From assembly GCF_006345805.1 (NCBI RefSeq), contig NC_043009.1, positions 32,612,001 to 32,676,000 of the forward strand: a stretch of DNA of 64,000 nucleotides, written 5' to 3'. This DNA is from Octopus sinensis (lineage: Eukaryota). A program made the translations under genes and the position numbers. This document shows positions 1 through 15,141 of this stretch, in pieces. The notes beneath the pieces are model-generated. The model was given only the letters and a program-made list of their open reading frames with translations, was not told the DNA's origin and ran no database searches. The first letter of the stretch is position 1. Each line of letters begins with the position of its first letter.

Positions 1-430
1 AAACAAACGCAATGTCTCGCGGAAATAACATTATATATGAAAATATGGTATTAACTTTGATTAAAAGAACCATTATTACTTATTCAAACATGGCGACGAT
101 AGTATTATAAAACTGAGAAGTAAAATCGAAAATGAATTTCTTTTGACATTCTAAACATCTCTAAGCTGTATCTATTATCGCGGTATATTTAACATTATAA
201 TAAACTGAATATAAATGAAAATTTTCTTATCGTAAATTGATTTAAGAAAAAAGAAACCAACAAAGATGAATAAATTGAAAATAGTTTATTCTGTGAAATG
301 GTAAATGATCTCGGTCTGTGATTTACTGGTTAAATGTTAAAACAGTTCCACACTTAATTTACTATCCTTTAACATTCGTCAAAAGATCTGCTAAGATTCC
401 TTCAACAAAAATACATAATATTATCTTTAA

Positions 431-808
431 GGCGCAGGAGTGGCTGTGTGGTAAGTAGCTTGCTAACCAACCACACGGTTGCGGGTTCAGTCCCACTGCG
501 TGGCATCTTGGGCAAGTGTCTTCTGCTATAGCCCCGGGCCGACCAATGCCTTGTGAGTGGATTTGGTAGACGGAAACTGAAAGAAGCCTGTCGTATATAT
601 GTATATATGTGAATATGTGTGTGTGTTTGTGTGTCTGTGTTTGTCCCCCTAGCATTGCTTGACAACCGATGCTGGTGTGTTTACGTCCCCGTCACTTAGC
701 GGTTCGGCAAAAAGAGACCGATAGAATAAGTACTAAAAGGTGGTGCTCCAGCATGGCCGCAGTCAAATGACTGAAACAAGTAAAAGAGTAAAAAGAGTAA
801 AAGAGTAA
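431..808 (+). mobile_element. tRNA-derived SINE, family A, full length with internal (TA/TG)n tract
   Basis: A-box-like TGGCTGTGTGG, B-box-like GGTTCAGTCCC, body GGGCAAGTGTCTTCT...CCTTGTGAGTGGATTTGGTAGACGGAAACTG, 3' end CCAGCATGGCCGCAGTCAAATGACTGAAAC and (TAAAAGAG)n tail; homologous pieces at 47810-48345 and 56705-56800. Confidence 0.85.
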
Positions 809-3032
809 TCGTCTTTTGTCTTACTTGTTGCTGTTGTTTATTGTGTGCTGTTGTTTTTGCCCCCAGGTCAGCCCTGACCGCTCATACGTGTGCTCAAATG
901 TTTGCTAACCGATAACCATCCCATCTTTTATAATATCTAACGCTTTTTTTATTTTAATTTTTTTTATTTTTAATAATACAGTAAACGATTTAATATATCG
1001 CTGCTATTTCTAGCAGGCTGATCCGAACGCAGACGCTGGCTCATTGACTCTTCAAGCATCAACAGATTCTCTAGCACAGGAGATAATATTTCAGTAAGTT
1101 TTCGTTAGAGATTAGTCATTAGTTACGGTACAGAGCTTCATAGTACCATGAACGATTAGAAACTTTCAGTCGCATTATATAATGACTTTATCATAGATAC
1201 TTGCCTTAGCATATATTTATCTTTTCTTACAGACAACACCATTATATTATAACCTATAACTTCCGGATGTCTGACAGCCAGCATTAAACATCAAGTGGCT
1301 ATCGATAATTATCAGAAATACTAAATTTCAGTGGTATGATGATCAAATAATACAACTACATTGAGCGAGAGAAATGATAAATAAACACTCCATTGGGCTA
1401 GACAATATGTCCGCATGAGACTGTTGATCTTTCACATCTAATGTGAACTGAACTGAGAATGAGTACAAGACAATAATACAGGACTGCATTAGCTATAAAG
1501 ACTACATAAAAGTGACTTGATATAAATTAGTTTCTGGCTGTAATATTGATATTGTGAAGTACGTCTCTCAGCATTATCCACAGTTTTATCTAGGTGTTTG
1601 GACTATATATATATAAAACATGGGAGACAACCTGATTGATTCTGATGGGTTGAGAAGCTGATTTATTTACTTGGCTTATCATTTGAGCTCCTTAATATTC
1701 ATGTGACCATTGTACATTGACGACGAAAATCGTTCACGAAAGGAAATAACTATAGTGTTTAAGGAACTTCTGCCTTCGTACCCCGGTGCTCTCGTGCAAC
1801 GATAACAATTTATAAATGTTGTTGGAACATAATATACAGATATTATAAAATACCGTGTGAAGCCATACCTGATCGACTTAGCATTTTTCCAGTCTACATT
1901 GACTCAATTGCCAGAACTAACTTAGAAGAGTGAAATCAAACGTTGTCAATTAAGGCACATACTTAGTTGAAACCTACTCAAAATAGATCTAAATTAGAAG
2001 AGACTTGTAGGAAATACTTCAGGTACGGTTAGCTAGGTCATTTCTGAAACAAAGGTGGAATAACTCACGGTTCCACAATTGAAGAAATATTCGAAGTATC
2101 AAACATAAAGTTGCTATGCTAATTACTCATTCTCTTACTAAGGTATTGCTGTCTCTTCTAACAAGCAAACACCGCTCAATCCAATTCTTACATTTACGCT
2201 ATTACCATGTTCTCACTCCATTTCATTTTTTCATCATATCACAGCTGTACATGATTGCATGTCCTCGTGGATTGTAGATGGTAGTGTTGAATGGTGGCCA
2301 ATGTTCATACGCAGCATACAAAGCATGCCGTATTAGTCTAATACCTTAAGGAATCGGTCATGCTATGTAGTGGATCTAACTAGTCATTGAGGTAGTAATG
2401 ATGGCAAAGTATTGACCTGCTGGACTTGGGGGTGGGGGTAATTAAGGAGGGACAACATCTGGCACCAAGGAGGAGATTATACTAAATTTTAAAATCTGAC
2501 AGAACAGAAATAGTGGTTTGTCTGTCTATGAAATTTTTTCGTTATGGCAAAACTAGCTCTGCAGAAACTAGAAGAAACATTGGTGGGAAAGTTCCGCAGA
2601 GGTGGCACGTTCATCCACCACCATGTTCATCGATGTCAAATCGTCGATTCCCATCTCCACTTTTAAGACGGCAGCCTCCTTTATTCCAGCTTCTCCAGGG
2701 AGGCCCCTAAACAAGACATGGACACTGATTTTGTTGTCTTCGGTTGACTATGAATTAAAGATGTGAAGTCATTTGATATGACACCAACGTTCTATGACGT
2801 CATTCATGCGTTTTCCACATAAAATGTCCATAAGGAGAATTCCTGTCCCTAAAGAATATCCACAGCGAAGGTATTTCTACGCTTGAGGCTACACAAACGG
2901 ATTAAATATATATGTCTAGATCTATATTTCAATCAATACTGATTAATGTGTTTCTAGTTAACTAATTAATCTCAGCTTACTCTGTTGGCTAAAATTAAAA
3001 TGCTACATACAGTAATTGTAGAAAGAAAAGGA

Positions 3033-3079
<47 letters not shown>

Positions 3080-4871
3080 CAAATATATTCCGCTCGCAAA
3101 CACCAGAAATTATGTAGATGTAAGGAGGAGGGAATTGATTGTAAATTATTCAGACCATTAACTATTCAGATGAAGTGAATTGAAATAGGAAAAGAGAGAG
3201 GATACAAGCGCTGCCTCTCCGGAGCTTCCCCACTTTCTTTGAAATTCTAGTTTCTAATTACATGAAGTGAAATATTTTTAAATAACAAACTTCAATTACT
3301 TAAATATTAAATATAAATATTATATATCTATCATCTACTCACCTAATGAGATATCTAATTAGACATCTATTTCGCTCATCTAATCGAACACGCATTGATA
3401 AATAGCCTCACCACCAGCTGTTCTCTTCACATTTATCACAATCACCCCAGCTATTATTGCTACCATCACTTTTCAGCACAACTACCACAACCACTTAATC
3501 CGTTACTCCCTTAAGACCTCAATTACACCAATAATACAAGCAATTTTTCTCATCAAATTGGTCAAGGAAACTACACCGGTCACCTCACTAAAATTAACAC
3601 CACCGTTGCCATTAACACACAAGAATCGTTACACTATACCTCCCCGTCACTGTACTACAACTACTACTGACAACAACAACAAATGAAAACATTACTAGCA
3701 TCACAATGATTTAATATTGAAATGTTTAAGAGAGTAAGTATAAACGTAGCTTTGGCTTCCACTCTCCCATTGAATCCAAACAGCTCCAATAGAAGATATA
3801 TGAGGCGTACGTTGCTAAGTAACTACAAAAAAAATACAAAAGCACAACCACCACCAAAAACAAGATTGGCAGCGTCAAAAACAATCATAATAATGGAAGC
3901 GGGAACAACATCAATAGTAACAACAACAGCAGGACAACGGCCACATCAGTCAACATAACAAGAACATGAAAGCAATTAGAGTACACTCTACATGATGCTT
4001 AATAGAGTGTCACAAATAAATATTTCATTCTATCCATGTATTAAATCTCTCATCTCGTATTAAGTATCCATTACCAACGCTCCGTGCACAACATAGTTTC
4101 TCTTTATTTCACCGAATCAAGAAAAGGGGGACATAATCATATATGGGTATGTACATGTATGTATGTATGTATGTATGTATGTATGTATGTATGTATGTAT
4201 GTTTGTATGAATGTATCTATGTATCTATCCGTGTGTGCGCGTGTTTACATATATATATTCAATATTTAGATATACATATATAGCCATATGTATATCCCGT
4301 ATAAATACATTGATATTTTCGTAGATACTTGTTCGTTTTCTTGTACAATATACCCCATGCTGAACTGATCAGTCTTATGACATTTGTGTGGGTGTGGAGA
4401 GAAGTTTAGTACAAATAATGTTCAGAATATATTTGTTAATTTTCTGCAGGCTTTCCCTTGTGCTTTCAATATATTAATCATTCATCCAGGAATTCTGGAT
4501 CTCAAAAAGATTTCTAGCACCTTCATTAAATGACGGCAATGCCTTGTGCATACCCCAGGATGTGGGTATCCCACTCGATAATGTCAAGACAACTCTGACG
4601 AAAATTTAAGGAATTATACTTCATTGTCCAGTAATTACTGATCTGAAATTAACTTAGTATCCAGTTTGTTTCAATGTTTTCAAGTTTTTGAGTAGTGACA
4701 TTGTAACATTGAAAGCAACTACATATTTTGCGTCAACAACACATACGAGATATAATACACATGTACAAACTTGTTACCATTTCAAACATGGCTGATGCCT
4801 CGCAGCATCTGCCATACTGTAGCTGAGGATGAGGTATCCAATCCGAAAGGTATGCATCCCACTATATTGTT

Positions 4872-5100
4872 AGGTGAGCTGGCAGAAACGTTAGCACGCC
4901 GGGCGAAATGCTTAGCGGTATTTCGTCTGCCGTTACGTTCTGAGTTCAAATTCCGCCGAGGTCGACTTTGCCTTTCATCCTTGCGGGGTCGATTAAATAA
5001 GTACCAATTACGCACTGGGGTCGATAGAATCGACTTAATCCGTTTATCTGTCCTTGTTTGTTCCCTCTCTGTTCAACCCCTTATGGGCAATAAAGAAATA
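4872..5100 (+). mobile_element. tRNA-derived SINE, family B (Meta-domain-like core)
   Basis: Head AGGTGAGCTGGCAGAA, B-box GAGTTCAAATTCC, core GCCTTTCATCCTTGCGGGGTCGATTAAATAAGTACC resembling the MetaSINE central domain (from recall); similar copies at 7561, 8600, 8770 and 59680. Confidence 0.8.
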
Positions 5101-6594
5101 AATATTGTTAGGGCCCGCTGTGACCAAACTCGGTGTAATTACATCAAGTTGTCTACAGCGAGAAATTTTCTCTCACAAAATACAGCGAATGGATTTCTTA
5201 TGGATTCCATCATTCTTCAATCGTACTCGAAGTGGTAACAAGTTTGTATTTACGCACATCACTGCTTAACGCTGTATGTATATATATATATATACATAAA
5301 TACATAAATACATAAATACACACACATTTACATATAAAATTTTATAAATGACCCCGGGCGCAAGAAATTTTGTAAATGTAATGAAGTTCATAGACTTACA
5401 ACTCTTTCTCCTGTAACGTCTACTGCAGTCGTATTTGAGTGATTATGTGTGTGTGTGTATGTCTGTTTGTCTGTCTGTGTATGTAAACATGAGACTTAAG
5501 AATATTCCAGCAGACGCGATCTTGCCGTAACTGGGCTGCTCCTGGTATTTTAATACTAATGTTGCCTATACTTTTTGTAAAAGTGTTCTTCAACGTGCCT
5601 GTGTATGTGTACGTGTGTTTATGAGTATGTAATTCTTAACTTCCCGATTGATATTTGATAACACCAGGCTTGAATATTTGCCAGCACTACCGTATGTTTA
5701 TCAAAATAAATGGACTATTTTAAAGCCATTTTATTATTTTTTTTCTACATTGCGCCATATGCATTTCAAAACGAAATCGTATGTAAACATTTACTGATTA
5801 CTGCGTCTAACTGGACATATCAGTTTGAAGTGTAATCTAATACACATCAAACTATGTAAAATAAAGTACTTAGAATATTTTAAACAAAAATTAATGCTGA
5901 CATACTAAAAGAACAATATTGCAGAGAACATTATGCAACTTATATCTAAACATAATAGTTTTGAAATTACAAAATCATAAAATCACATCGAAATATATAC
6001 TGTAAATAGATAACTAATGTATTTGTGTAATTTGATCACATTATCTTGGCTATTTTTCTTGGAAATAATCTCAACAAAGAATCCTTTGAGATTTAGTTAT
6101 GATAATGCAAGATGCGTTAATGGTAATCCTGTTTCTTCGTCTAAAATTCAATCAATGATGCATTTCTAAGTTATATTCTTTTAAATAATGTACTCCACTT
6201 ATTGTTTTATAATAATGTCTTTCTTTCCCTATCGTTTCATTTTATTGATTTCAAAGAAAACGGGAGTTATGCTATCGAAACATGTCCTGCTCGTGGCAAT
6301 GATGATAACGATAATGACAATGGTGATGATGATAGTGAGGATGGTGGTGGTGATGGTGGTGCCGATGACGACGACGGCGATGGTTATGGCGACGACAATG
6401 ATGATAATAATGCTAATGCAGCTGACAAGAACAGTCCTTTAAACTAGAATAACAACAGTAAGAATAACAAAAGTACGATCAAGATACAACATATTGCGGA
6501 AGATAAATACATGGATAAGGAGGAGAATCTCTATCAATATTGCATCGCACACATTCATGCACAACAACAACAACACGAGCAAAGATATTAGATG

Positions 6595-6653
6595 CAGTTA
6601 TTTACACGGACAGGCAATTATATATATACATAATATATAATATATATACATAT

Positions 6654-6700
<47 letters not shown>

Positions 6701-6763
6701 TATATATATGTATGTATGTATATATATATATATATATATGTATATACATACATACACACACAA

Positions 6764-6800
<37 letters not shown>

Positions 6801-6950
6801 CACACATTATATATATATATATATGTGTGTGCGTGCGTGTGTGTTTGTGTATATGCATACCTACATGCAATCATACTTCCATGTAAGCATATATATATAT
6901 ATATAATATATATATATAATATATATACATATATATATATATACAAGTAT
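6595..6950. repeat. Compound (TA)n/(CA)n microsatellite (representative of dozens in the window)
   Basis: Directly visible; source of the YI/HT/CV-rich ORFs. Confidence 0.95.
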
Positions 6951-7560
6951 ACATCGTTGTAGTCACTCACGCACCCTGAATCGCATACTCTAGTATGCAC
7001 AACCTTTTGCGAAATGAATTTTCCATTTGTTTTCTAACTTATAAAGTAAATATATGAAGTAGTTTATTCAAATGGAATATAATTTAACTGTCTAATTAAT
7101 TAATCTATAGTATAATTAAGAGCTGGTTGTTGCGATCTAAGAAACCACATTGCATGTAAGGATATACCGTTGATCATGTTTCGAAACAACCCTGTAGCAA
7201 ATTTCTAATGATGTTCCCAATATCTCTAGAAGCAATTTCTTCTGGTATTTTTTACGCTATTTCCTCCCGATTATTTAGTGTTGTTCATCCTCCAGCCTTC
7301 ATTTATCATCTTCTTCTACAGCATCTTAATCCTTTTCAAAAAACATGTAGAAATGACCATTGGGAGGCAGATTAATTAAACCCCCTCATAAAATCCTTTT
7401 GAGCAAAGACAAAAATTATTTTTAGCATTTTTTAAAAATATTATTTGTGATATTTTTTTATACAATGCAAAATGTCGGCTAGAAAACCCAACCTTTAAAT
7501 ATAAAGACGACAGCTGTGCAGAAAACGCAAATTCCAACAATAATGTAATAATATTTCCTA

Positions 7561-7749
7561 CTGTAGGCACAAGGCCTCAAATTTGTGGGGCGAGGACGAA
7601 GTCGATTATATCGACCCCTGTATTTCACTAGTATTTAATTTATTGACTCCGAGAGGATGAAAGGAAAAAATTGAACAGACGACGGAATTTGAACTCAGAA
7701 CCCGAAGACAGATGAGTACCGCCAATTATTTTGGCCAGCGAACTAACGA
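7561..7749 (-). mobile_element. SINE family B copy
   Basis: Reverse complement contains GAGTTCAAATTCC, CCTTTCATCCTCTCGGAGTCAATAAATT and GGGGTCGATATAATCGACT. Confidence 0.75.
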
Positions 7750-7856
7750 TTTTCTAGCTCAACGCCTTAATAACAATAATGATGATGATGATGATGATGA
7801 TGATCAGACTAATAATAATAATAATTACTGTAGTAGTAGTAGTAGTAGTAGTAGTC

Positions 7857-7900
<44 letters not shown>

Positions 7901-8599
7901 TTAGTAGTAGTAATGGAAATTAAAAAAGAATTTCGGAAAAGCATTTTTAGCAAAATAATATTGTTTCAGTCATTTTTTAATAAAATTTAATGTAATTTTG
8001 ACAACTTGTTTAACAACAACGACAACAACGCGAATAAAAACAGCATCACACAAATTGTGCACACAGCTTTGTAAATGAATGTCACGTCCAATTCGGAAAT
8101 GTTAGATCAAAACAAATTTCTTCACTGGCCAAACGCTTGCACAGATATTCTCCGACCATAAAATGGCTGTTGGCAATAGCAACATACTCCAGAGGTTTGT
8201 GATGATTCTATGGAAATATGAGTAATTGCTGGTGAGGAGATGACAAAGAACAATATATATAGTGTCAGCTGGAATTACAAGTCCTTAAGTAGCCTCAAAA
8301 CTACAGACGTACTCCGAAGATCTGTAACGTTGTGTAATTAGAAATGGGAGGAATGATACTAGCAAACTATAGTAGGAAGATTATTTATTACATTATAGCA
8401 GCAAAATTTGTTTCTGATCCTCATAGGTTCCATAAAATAAAGTACCCATATTGGGGTCGATGCTATAGATTAAACCTTCACTCAAAAATAGGTGTTCCTG
8501 TGCCAAACTCTGAAACCATGAAGGGCAGCAAGCTGATATAATCATTCGCGCATCCGATGAAATGCCTAACGATATTTCGCCCGGCTCTAATGTGGTGAG

Positions 8600-8890
8600 C
8601 AGGCCGAATCGTTACCGCGCTGAACAAAATTTCTTACGACATTACGTTTTGAGTTCAAATGCCACCGTGGTCGACATTGTCTTTCATCTTTTCGAGGCCG
8701 ATAAAGTTAAGCACCTCTCCCAAACTTTCTGGCTTTGTGCAAACATTTGAAACTAATATTAACTAAGAGAAAGGTGGCGAGAACCGTTGTTACGAAGGGC
8801 AAGGTGCTTAGCGACTTTCCGTCCATCTTTACGGTCTTAGTTCAATTTTTACCGAGCCCGATTCGGCTTTTTATCATTTCTGGTTCGATG
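8600..8890 (+). mobile_element. Two adjacent decayed SINE family B copies
   Basis: GAGTTCAAATGCCACCGTGGTCGACATTGTCTTTCATCTTTTCGAGGCCGATAAAG, then a second head AAGGTGGCGAGAACCGTT...TAGTTCAATTTTTACCGAG at about 8770. Confidence 0.65.
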
Positions 8891-9709
8891 ATGTGAGAAC
8901 CAGTGGAGTAGTAGGGTCGCCATACACACCCACCACTGAACTTGCAGGCCTTAAACCAAAATCCGAATCCAGTATTTACAAAGAGTAACAGCATTAAAGC
9001 ATCACATAACTAAAAGTTTATAGCATTTAGTTTCGTGTGTTTTAATCCTGGGCTTATAATCTAACTAAAGTTTCATAATAAAGATACTAGTCGCATTCTG
9101 GAGTTGTTATATTACACCCGACAGTCTCACGTGATAGTTGGTCTACTCTTTATAACTATATTACATTTAAAAGTATTTTCTCCTCGTATTCTTTATAATG
9201 ATAGTTATCATTGTCATAATCATAATCGCCATCATCAGAATCATTCCTCCATCGCCGTCACTATCAGTAGCACCATTATTTTCACGTCCTCACCAGTGTC
9301 ATCATCATCATCATCATCATCATTGTCGCTCAACAAGAAATCATAAATTTAGTTGTTGTTATTGTTTTTGCTGTTGCTATAATATATTCTTGTATATGCT
9401 GTGTCATCGAATTCAGTTTTACATGCCTCGGGTGTATAACGTAAGCTATAACTTCTCATACTAGTGGTTTGTTTTATGCATGAGTTTGTCTATGTGGCTG
9501 TGTTATTATCATACCGAGAACATATCATTATTGTACCCTTGGGAAATTTTCCAGTATCATGAGAATTTATCACCTTGTTCAGTAATCATGCGATATTGTA
9601 TAACTATATCAGACGAGATCGTAGACAATGAGTTAAATATGAAACGTGGTTATTGTTAGTATGCTCTTATGTATTTGAAGCTTTCTGTTAATCATATCCA
9701 GGCCACCCA

Positions 9710-9715
9710 TTATTA

Positions 9716-9808
<93 letters not shown>

Positions 9809-9819
9809 TACTACTACTT

Positions 9820-9858
<39 letters not shown>
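9710..9858. repeat. Compound (ATT)n-(ACT)n microsatellite
   Basis: Directly visible. Confidence 0.95.
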
Positions 9859-9859
<1 letters not shown>

Positions 9860-10158
9860 AGACGTGTTTCAAATGTTCAGTTGCGATGCTTCTGAACATT
9901 ACTTTGCTTATTTCTAAATTTAAAATATAGAAAAACATACATGGTTCTAAAAAGGTCAACTTTATATTTCTTTTGGCCGGGAAATTTTTTAATAGAATCA
10001 TTATTATATATTAACAATTATCATCATCATAACTAACATTTTAAATATTATTAGTATTTTTATATTATAAGTCGTAATAACTGTTTCCATATTCCATGAG
10101 AATGTTTTTACCAGTTTGGAGAAAATCAGTTGCGAACTTCATAAATTTTTGCAGGTTT

Positions 10159-10229
<71 letters not shown>

Positions 10230-12032
10230 CATACACACGTATATGTGTGTGTATATATATATATATATAGACACAGACATACAAACACACACATACATAG
10301 ATAGATACATACATACATAGACACATGGGGATGAGCAATTGTTACTAACCTGATGCTTTATATCTCCTCTCAGTTTTATATAATGCTGTTGCACAAACAC
10401 AATCTTGTAAATCGTATGTTTCTACCAGAGGGCTTTGGTGACACTCATATTAAATCCGTAGTAACAATAATTGATTCAGATTTGGGTTATAACCAGTAAC
10501 TCTGAGGAAATAAAATTATTTGTTAACATCTTTTATATCGACCCTGAATTAATATATAGCTAAGTTGTCTTGAGCACTATTTGATCTCAGCATACAAAGA
10601 ATGAGAGCCAATACTGCAAATCACTTTTACGACTTTCGAATCAATCTTGCAGATGGCAGTTTCGCAAAACTGTTAACACGTTGTCAGTCCAAAGTCTGCA
10701 GAGATAAACTTTGTCTTTCATTTTATCGATAACATAAAGTATTAGTGATATAGTATGGTCGTTGTATTCTTCAAATTCCCTTCCGTCACAATTTCCGGTC
10801 TGACGCCTAAGCTAGAACCTATATATTATTACTAAAATTAGTATTTTTGTATATATTTTTGTTGAGCATGTTGTTTATTCATATTGACATAAAAGGATTG
10901 AATAACTATTATATTACGCTGTTTAAATCATCAACTTTATATCCCATATTTCGCTATCCAAATTCTGAGGATTTTTTTTTCTTGTAATTCTTGTAATTCT
11001 TCGTACTAATCTTTAATTCTGAAGAAATATATGTCACTGAACCTTGCCCTGTTAGTCAGTATTTCATTTTCTCTTATGCTTCAATCGAAATATCAACGTG
11101 GTTCACAACGATTTTCGCCTATTACAATAATTTCTCTAAAATGCCATTAAATATCTTAATTAAAAAAAGATGGTGAGGGTACCCATATGAATCTTTATTG
11201 TAGACCTTAAAGGCTGTGTAAATAAAGGTGATTGTATAGTGTGGTTGGGCATCCGTAGCAGTGTAAAATGTGTTCTTTACTGGTATCATTAATATTTAAT
11301 AGGTAAGAAAGAATGAAAACAATCGAATATTTTGTAACATGCTAGAAAAGCATTGGTGGTAAAGGTAAGGCCAAATCTGTTAATTTAATGCCGCATAGAA
11401 AATATAATTTAAATTCATGCTATGAATGACATAATAATATGATGTAGACGAATCTATACTACATAAAAAATAAAAACGAAAATGGATAAAGTGGCGGTTG
11501 GGCAGATGGAGAGGACAAAGTGGTGAGCTTCATGCTACCAATGCAATGATGGAACTTAAAACCTCATTTCAAAATTATTGGAGGACGGAATATATAAGAT
11601 TAGAACATCTGAAACTGTGCTTTGATTTTACGAATGTTCATGTTTTATATACTTAATTCAATTTTAGTTTGTTATATTATTCATTTATAGTTTATTATTT
11701 AAGCTGCCATTTCACATAGTTCTTTTTCTTGTCCATCTGTATACCATTCTGCATAACGTTCTGTATACCATTTACCGGAAATTTCAATCAATTCAATGAA
11801 TCTTTACAAAGCAGTAAACTAGAAACTTCACAAGAACAAGGAAATATATCATGGCATATGAAACTCAAATACAGACGACATACAGACGTCGAAATATGAA
11901 TTTCAAACATATTTGATACTAATTTCTCAATGCTCACACAGAGACACCCACACATATCTATGTGTCTATGTGTGTGTATACACTAATAAAATTAGATGTA
12001 TGTATGTGTATATTCAAATATATGTTTGTTAG

Positions 12033-12079
<47 letters not shown>

Positions 12080-12454
12080 AGTTTTCAATTCTTTTCTATT
12101 TTCTTACAAGTCGATACTTATTTATCTTTTCATAGAAGACTCCCAAATATCTTTGATTCTTTGGATTATTTTGAAGATATTTCGTACTTTTTTTTTGTTT
12201 TTCAATTATATGTTTTACTGTTTCTCTTTCTACATCATATTCACTTTTTTTTTTTAGCTATTTACGTGCGGAAGTAAAAGATTATCAAGCAAGTCAGTTA
12301 GAAACTACAAATTTATAACTTTTTTTTTACTCTAGTATTGTTTACTCGTTGCGTTTTGAAATTTTAGTTTCTTCTCTCCTCATTGCCTTCTTCATTTCTT
12401 CGAAAACGCAAATGCTACAACTACAACTGCTACTAATGCTGCGGCTATATCTAC

Positions 12455-12496
12455 TACTACAAGTAGTAGTAGTAGTAATAGTAGTAGTATATAAGC

Positions 12497-12546
<50 letters not shown>

Positions 12547-12597
12547 CAGTAGTAGTAGTGGTGGTGGTGGTGGCGGTGGTGGTGGTGGTGGTGGTGA

Positions 12598-12632
<35 letters not shown>
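12455..12632. repeat. Compound (GTA)n-(GTG)n microsatellite
   Basis: Directly visible. Confidence 0.95.
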
Positions 12633-12633
<1 letters not shown>

Positions 12634-13480
12634 ATTTCAGGCTTTTTTCCACGTGTAATTCATTTTGTTTGTGCTTAATTCCTGTCTTTGTGAAAAGGTA
12701 AAATACATCAAAAATACACATTATATCTAGTTAATCTAGTTTCGAAAGCATGTCACTAGTTTCTGTAAACGACTCAATAAAATTACAGAATCCTCTGCCA
12801 CCACCCACATTGCTTTTAACACTGTCGCCAATTCTTTAAAGAACGAGATAAAGAAAACTAAGAAGAAGAAAGTAGTTTTTGTTTCAAAAAAGACAAACAA
12901 GATATCTCAAACAAAAACAATGAACAAAAATGAATTTTTGAATTCATCAAAAGTTCTCTGTATTTCATTTCACAGAAAGAGAATCCTTGCAATTCTTGGA
13001 TAATTTCCTTTCTGTAACTCGTCAGGTAGAAGATTCTTCTAAAGCGATATTTCTTTGTTTGTAATATTGTTCCAGATATTCAATTTATTCAGGTCACAAC
13101 ACTCTTTTATAGCAAGCCGTATGTAACACATTGAAATTCTATAGTATTTCGTCGTTATTAATATTCTTTATATTTTTAATCATGCAGTCAAAATGATTAG
13201 GGAGAGGACAGAAATTTGTACAATATTTTGTTTGTAACATATGTGATAAAAATTAAATCTACGCCTCCTGTAGCATTGATGGTAAGCACTAATTAACTAC
13301 TAAGGAGTCTTAATTGAATATATCAACTCCTAAAGGATTATATCCTCATAGTTATGTGTATCGCATGTAGATGGATTAATTTAGGTTATATCAATGTGTG
13401 AAGGGGGAATTGAAAGTACGAGTTGTACAAAGGACTAAGACTATTTATTCTGAAGTGCAAATATTATATGATAAACAGTT

Positions 13481-13576
<96 letters not shown>

Positions 13577-14340
13577 TCGTCAATGTCTGATGTCCAGTCT
13601 GTTATCCACACGCATGCACACATACACACGCATATATGTATATAGATGTATGTATAAACGCGATAGTGGCAAACAGCAAGAATGTAAATGGAGCATTGAT
13701 TTGTCATCACCTGTTAATTTGTTTGTTTGATGGAATTTTGGTCCTTTGTAAGGATTGTGCTTAGTAATTCAATTGATAAGGGGTATTTTTCTTGCTATAC
13801 ATTATACATCATGTATTGAGTATTTTTTTAAATTCTGTAATTCATATTATACGAGATGTAAATTATGGTCGGGTGTTACGGCGTATTCATGCTAAGGGGG
13901 CTTCGTTTTCTTTATTTGTTTATATATACAGATTGGTCGTGGTTTATATTATGGTTTATATATATTTGGTGGAGAATTATCTATAGTTTATTTGTACATT
14001 AACCATGCAAGCATTTGTATCATGGGAGCAAAACTTCTGGAAATGATTCATTGAACACTTTGGTTTAATGAAAGACACAAATGAAGGACTCAATATTTTT
14101 TGTTAAATGACACAGATAAGGAGTAGACAAAGGTCAGCGCATATACGAAGGACGAAGTAGCAGGTACAATGTCCGTATTACGGAGAAATTAAATATTAAA
14201 ATTTCAACTCCGAACATTTTGAACATTAGATTAGAGATATTCTCTCCTTGCTTACGAAGAGAGAATTTTAACCTGGATGACCCACTTATCCAGTCAGGAA
14301 AGTTATAGGAATACGATAATAGTGATAATAATGATAATGA

Positions 14341-14367
14341 GCTCCAACAAAACCTGTGATAAAGAGA
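14341..14367 (+). mobile_element. 27-bp extreme 3' tip of an R4/Dong LINE inside a TAA/TGA microsatellite
   Basis: GCTCCAACAAAACCTGTGATAAAGAGA matches 26/27 the reverse complement of 20521-20547, the 3' terminus of the Dong fragment there. Confidence 0.7.
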
Positions 14368-14789
14368 AATGATGATGATGATAACGACGACGATAAACAT
14401 TCTTTACTCAATTTCGAGAAATCGTGATTGAATTGAAAGACATGTATACATATAACACGCATACATAGCATCACCCGATTTGTAAAATATATTTACATGG
14501 AATTACAATTTCATGAAATTATGTTTCAAACATTGAAAATCCCATAAAGTATACTCTTGCACATGCAATAAACAAAACTGCAGGTGTGTGATACATGATG
14601 CATATATGTAAATAAATTCGTATGGTACAATTTCAACTGAACGCGTGTATGTGTGAATATATTCGTATAGTGTAATTTTAAGCTTCAGTGGGAACAAAAT
14701 TCACGTACATTTTACCAACACTTGAAAAAAGGATGAGAGCTATGACGAGGATATAATAGGTCGCTACATAAGTTACACTAACTTTTTGA

Positions 14790-14960
14790 AGATAACAACC
14801 GGTTCTTATACCATTATAAAAACGACTTGAGAGACATGGAAAACACAAAGTGTGACGTCCGTTGTTTTGAAAAGAACATAAACAGCATTTCTTTTTAAAA
14901 TTAATGCTGTGTGCTTCATTTACATCATGGACTAAAATTGTATTTGATGAGACGTAAAGT
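14790..14960 (+). pseudogene. Possible highly decayed Tc1 transposase fragment
   Basis: Manual translation KRLERHGKHKV*RPLF*KEHK...SWTKIVFDET resembles Tc1 RRL..G...KKPLL...W..V.FSDE; weak, with stops. Confidence 0.3.
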
Positions 14961-15102
14961 AACACAAACCGGTTATTAAAAGCGATCTTACTTTTGGTGT
15001 AAAACCGCTTTACTGGAAAATCTGTACTAATGGTTTTCCAGCAAAAACTTTAGTAAAATGATTTCAACCACAACCACTCTCCCCCTCTCTCTCTCTGTTT
15101 AG

Positions 15103-15141
<39 letters not shown>

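Noticed and set aside
431-510. tRNA gene
   Set aside because: A and B boxes are present but the sequence continues into SINE body, no clean cloverleaf forms, and related copies are dispersed.
2560-2750. Minus-strand frame VLFRGLPG...LKVEMGIDDL...VDER resembling an RTE C-terminus
   Set aside because: Too weak to call without a profile search.
4810-4850. CTGAGGA...CCGAAAGGTA hammerhead-like string
   Set aside because: Stems I and II do not pair convincingly; at best a dead remnant.
6188-6447. Acidic D/N-rich and M/V-rich ORFs
   Set aside because: Translations of a degenerate (GAT/GAC/GGT)n tract; no domain recognised. The same applies to the ORFs at 32788-33138, 45302-45505 and 51664-52227.
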